The translations under genes and the position numbers were made by a program. From contig NC_087437.1 of assembly GCF_036321535.1 (NCBI RefSeq), positions 109,060,001-109,124,000 of the forward strand: 64,000 bases of DNA, written 5' to 3'. The DNA comes from Camelus dromedarius (taxonomy: Eukaryota). The notes beneath the pieces are model-generated. The model was not told the DNA's origin. It did no database searches and saw nothing but the letters and a program-made list of their open reading frames with translations. This document shows, piece by piece, positions 58,801-64,000 of this stretch (position 1 is its first letter; each line of letters opens with the position of its first letter).

Positions 58801-60759
58801 TGTCTTGTGTGACTGATTATCTGTTAGAAATCATTCTTTCATATTGATCTCTTTTCTGACCAGTCTAAGTAGGTAGCGTTTCTATTCCATCCGTGAGTGA
58901 AATGATCTGACTATCTCTCAAATGACAATTGTTTATTTTTAATTTTTTCTCAGAAAGCAGTTTCCTCCCTCATTACTAATACAAATCTCAGTGATCTCTT
59001 CTTGGAATAGCCAATTTAAATATGAAATACTGACCTGATATGAAAACAGTTTCATGACAGTAGACTTGGGTTCAAATTTGAATTTTGACATGTTACTTTT
59101 AAAATCAGCTCTCTCCTCCTCTCTGTTTCTTAATTAGCAGTTAGATGATAAATCAAAAAGAATGAAATAAAGGGGAGATATAGTACAGTTGCTGAATAAT
59201 AAGATAATCTCATGGATTTCTTGCATTTAGAGGCAGAGGAAACATGAAGGAGAGGGGCAAACATCCTTAAATGCCTGCCCTGTATTAGGCACTATGCTCG
59301 ACACTTCAGTAGCTGTTCTGACTTTAGAGCACTGCTAGGACAAAACCAGGGGCTACTAACTCATAATATTTTAGAGCTGGAAAGAATCTCAAAAATCACT
59401 AAGTTCATTATGTAATGAACTTGCCCATTATGTGATTCCTCTAGTAATACATTATCTAATGATTACCCAGCCTCCCCTTAAATTCTCTTCCTCCCACTGC
59501 AGCTCATTCCATGGTTAATAATTCTAATTGTCAGAAAGCTTTAGCTTAATGGCATATAAATCTGTCTCCATGTAACTTCTACTCACTATTTCTGTCTCTA
59601 TCCTCTGCAGCCAAACAGATGAGATGTAGCTGTTCCCCCCACAAGAATCTTCCAAGTATTGGAAGTTGGCTATCAAGTGGCCCTTAGGGCTCCTCCAGGC
59701 CAAATGTTATCAAGATGACTTTGGATTTAAGGTTAGTGTGACTTGAGGCTGACTAGGCACAACCAAGATTCCTGCAGACTTCCTCTCTTCATTTCTCCCT
59801 ATGGCTCTGGGCCACGTGTATATATTTGAGGTCATTTCTCAGTCCCTTCTCTCTGCACAAAGACTTCTTTAGGCATAAAGATGCCCTTATTATTATTGTC
59901 CACAGAGTAGCTACTATTTAAATGGCATAATACTTGTGCCAAAGGCATATTAACTTTAACCCACAAAATATCCTTGGATGGTTGTATTAATTTGAACCAT
60001 ATTAAATTGTGATTTTTTATAGGCTAAAAGTGGTTGAGTATCAGTAACTTCAAATGGTTCAATTATTATTAATCTGTTTTTATAGTTGAGAAAAATAGAG
60101 ACTTGGACACGTTGTATATACCATGGCTTGTTCAAGGCCACAAAGCTAAGAGCAGGGTGAGGCCTACCCCTACATCTGTCTGGTTCTAAAAGTGGCTCAT
60201 TTGCTGCATACTCTGCTTCCTTATGCATCACCTTGCTGTTGCAGACATGAGGACCAAGGTAAAGATAAAGAGGCCTCAGTCTTTCGTAATGCAACATGGC
60301 AGAGTGGAAAGGAAATGGGAATTTGAGATAGTTGTATATTGCTAAACAGGTCATTATTTCACCGCTTACTATTTATGTGACCTTCAGAAAGTCACTGAAC
60401 CTCCCTGAAACCCAATTTAACATATCTCTAAAATTGGATTTAACTTGTAGTACTTGTTTGAGGATTCAGTGGATTGACATTCTGTCAGTCTCTTACCCAG
60501 TGCCTTCTTGTTTCCTGGCATATCTTAGTCCTTTCACTCTCTTATTCTCCTACATCAAGGGACAGCCAACTCTTCCCTAAAAGGACAATAGGAAATATTT
60601 CAGGCTTCGTAAGCCAAGAGGAAATATCCTCAGTTCTTCAAGCACCTGTTCTGACTGAAGGGCTACATTTACTTTGAAGAATGTAAAACTCATTCTTAGC
60701 TCACAGGCCATCAAAACAGGTCAGAAGGCTGGAGTTTGCCAGCCCCTATGCTAGATGAC

Positions 60760-63315
60760 TCTTATGTAGTTTCTTCTCTCTTCTCAAGTCTCCAACAGCT
60801 TTTTGCTTCTACTCACTCTCAATGAAAATGTTGCTTCTTCTTTCACTGAGAAAACAGAAGCCATCAGAAAAGTCTTGGCAGCAGCTCCCCTTGCCTCACT
60901 TCCCTTCGTTGTGCCTACATTCTCCTCCTTGTCTCTGCAGCTAAGGAGCTCTCTGGGCTCCTGACACAAGCCAGCCCCTCTGCTTCTGCACTCGATTCCA
61001 TTGCCTCCTACTTTCTCAGGAGCGTTGCTCTTACAATTCTCCCCTAGCTCCTTTAAAGCACGAACATTTCTTCCTTTATTGGATCATTCCCATCAGTGAG
61101 AAAACATGCTGTTGATTTCTCCCATCTCAGAAAACTCCCCCTTGACTCTGCTTCCTCCTCCACTTACCACTCACTCCCCATTTCTTGCAGCAAAACTCTG
61201 AATGAATTAACTCTATAGGCTAACTCGAATTTCTCTTTTCTTATTCTTTCTTCACCATCACCCCATCAAGGTCAGGTTGCTTATGCTAGTGAGTAATTCT
61301 CAGTCCTCATCTATTTGGATTTATCAGCAACGTTTGTTCAGGATTTTTCCCTTTCTCCCTCCTTTGCTTGCCTTCTGGGTACCGGGCTCTACTCCTTTTC
61401 CTCCTTAACCCCTGCTGCTTCCTCTCAGATTCTTGACCGTCCCTCCTCTTCTTCACTACATTTATTGCTGGAGAGTCCCAGGGGTTGGTCTTTGGATCGC
61501 TTCTATTTTCTTTCTGTGTTCAGTCTTGTAATCATCTTATACAGCTTCATGGTTTTATCTATGTGTTATGACTTTCAAATGTGTATCTCTAGCCTGACCC
61601 ACTTCCTGAATTCCAGATTTTTATATTTGACTGTCCACTTAACATCTCTACTTTTATATCTAATAGGTGTCTCAAACTCAGCATGAGTCAGCTCCTGATA
61701 TTTCACCATCAACAAAACTGGCTTCTCCCTAGACTACCTCATTTGTGTAAATTGCAACTCCATTCTTCCAGTCACTCAGGCTAAAAACCCTAGCTTTATC
61801 CTGTTTAAAAATGTTTTAAATCAACCTTTTGAGATATAATTTATGTCCAATAAACTATCCATTTAAAGTGTATCATTCAATGAGTTTTGACTGATGTATA
61901 TACCCATGAAACCACTGCCATAATCAATATACAGAACATTTCTATGTCCCTTTGTCACCCATTCTTCTCTTTAGCCTTGTCCTCTAGAGACCACTGATCT
62001 GCTTTCTGTCACTGTAGGATTAGTTTACATTTTCTAGAATTTTATGTGAATGGAATTATCCAATATGTATTCTTGTGTCTTCATCTTTTACTGAGAATAA
62101 ACATTTTGAGATTCGTTCTTGGTGTGTGTGATGATAGCTCACTTCTTTTTGTAGCAATTACTATTCCATTATGTGGATATACCACACTTTGTTTATGTCT
62201 TCACCAAGTGATGGACATTTGGGTTTTGTCCAGTTTTTGGCTGTTCTGAGTAAAGCTGCTATGTACCTTCAGTAGAGATCTTTGTGCAGAAATCTGATTT
62301 CAGTTTTCTTGAGTAAATCACTTAGGAGTGGAATGTCCTGGTGGTATGATAGGTGTATTGGGTAAGTTTTTAAGAAACTGCCCATTTTCCAAGATAGTAT
62401 GTCATTTTATATTCCAAACAGCAGTATACTATAGTTTTAGTTCCTCTGCATCCTCACCTGGCTATATCTTCAACTGCTCTCTTTTTCTCACACCCAAAAT
62501 CCCATCCATCAGCAAATCCTTTGCCCAAACCTTCAAAATATACCTAGAATCCTATTCCTTCTTATTCTGCTGCTATGGCTACCATTTTCATTCAAGGCTT
62601 CCTGCTTATGCCCTTCAGTGTGTTCAAAACACAGCAGTTGAAATGCACTTGTTAAATACAAGCAGTTTCTATCACTCCACGTTTAAAACCCTCAGTGGCT
62701 TCCCTTCTCAGGGCAAATGCCAAGGTGATTATAGTGGCACATCTGGCCCTCCCTGATCTGCCCATCTGCAATGCCCTTATCTTTCCACACTTCTACGTCT
62801 CTTTCCCTTCTTTCCTTCTCTCCATGCTATTCCTTGAACACACCAAGCTTGCTTCCATCTCAGGGGTTTGCACAGGCTATTTTCTGGCCCCCTTCTTTCT
62901 TGGATACATCCGTGACTCACGTCCTCACTTCCTTCAGATCTTTACTCCAAAGACCCTTTCTTGATGAGGCTTTCCTTGATCCTCCCATTTAAAATTGTAC
63001 CCCCTCCCACTCCTCAGATCATTTTCCTGCCACATTTTTGCAATCACACTTATCACCATGTGGTAGTCAGTATATATTTGTTGACCCTCAACTATATGCC
63101 AATGACCATCCTAGGTACTTGGGATGCAGTGTTAAATGACACAGTCTAAAACTTCCATCACCCTGGAGTTTACACATATTTTACCACTTTATCGTGCTTC
63201 TCAACCATCTCCCATCCCCTAGAACAAAATCTCTGTGATAACAGCGATTTTGTCTGTTTTGTTCAATGCTGTATCACTAGTGCCCAGAAGAATATTGGCA
63301 AATAGTAGGATTTCA
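60760..63315 (+). mobile_element. L2 element interrupted by an antisense old L1 3' end (~61805-62460)
   Basis: ttcactgagaaaacagaagccatcag...ctaataggtgtctcaaactcagcatg...tgtctgttttgttcaatgctgtatcactagtgcccagaag; L1: atttaaagtgtatcattcaatgagttttgac. Confidence 0.75.
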
Positions 63316-64000
63316 GCAAATACCAGCTGTTGTCTTTTTATTTTTCCAAATGAAAAAGCAACCTGTGGTCCAAGCTTTATTAATGTAGAATAGATTACTG
63401 CAGTGTCCTACTTTGGGCCTTGAGGGAATCTGCAGCCTGTGAAAACTGAAGACACAATTGAATTGCTAATTAAAAAATGGAAACAGTTCAATTCTATGAT
63501 CCTCTAAGAATGGGATTTAAACTCTGAAGTAGTATTAATCTAACTTTCCAGCGTACTTATCAAGAAAACTCCAGTTCTCTGCAGACAGCCTCTTCTAAGA
63601 CCTTTGGGTTCATGAGCAGCTGCCAGAGCGTTGAGTGATGAGGTGGGCTGTTCCACAGATTGCCCCTTCCTTCAAAACGTGCCTTTTAACACTACTGTCT
63701 GGATTAGCGTTTCCCAAAGTGTGGTCCCTTGACCACCTGCATTAGCATTGATCAACTTGAGCCAATGAATGAGGACCTCTGGGTTTAGAATTCTGAAATC
63801 TTCATTCTTTACAAACTCCTGATGTGGTTGGTTATTTGAAGTTTGCAATTATTTGTTTTAAAATTTGTCTGAGTTAGGACAGCTGGGTGTGGGAAGATTG
63901 AATCACTGTAATTGAAGTCAGTATAGCAGAAATCCTCAGCAGTGGCTTATGTTCAGATTGAAGCCAAAGATTAGTATGCTTTGGCTATGAACTTGTGAGT

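Overview
Mammalian genomic DNA, most likely a camelid: two tRNA-Ala-derived SINEs resemble the camelid Vic-1 family, and the L1 3' ends are artiodactyl-like. Bases ~1-20.8 kb hold the four coding exons and long 3' UTR of BACH1 (+ strand; CDS 1059-1304, 4573-5919, 7409-7615, 17136-17546; 736 aa). Exon 1 and the promoter lie upstream of the window. The remaining ~43 kb is repeat-rich intergenic sequence (L1, L2, MIR, MLT/ERV LTRs, MER5/MER33-like elements). It contains a decayed HMGA1a processed pseudogene (~54.84-55.73 kb, minus strand) sandwiched between two co-oriented L1 fragments. The most notable observations are: an extreme, sharply bounded GC spike over BACH1 exon 2 with many amino-acid changes in the normally conserved BTB domain; loss of a BTB cysteine; an overlapping uORF; an intronic ARE/MARE-like site; stacked miRNA sites; the L1-HMGA1-L1 composite; and two near-perfect ~45-55 nt hairpins. 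I see no convincing wholly new multi-gene system. Comparisons with human/mouse sequences are from memory and need confirming by alignment. Repeat boundaries and family names are approximate.
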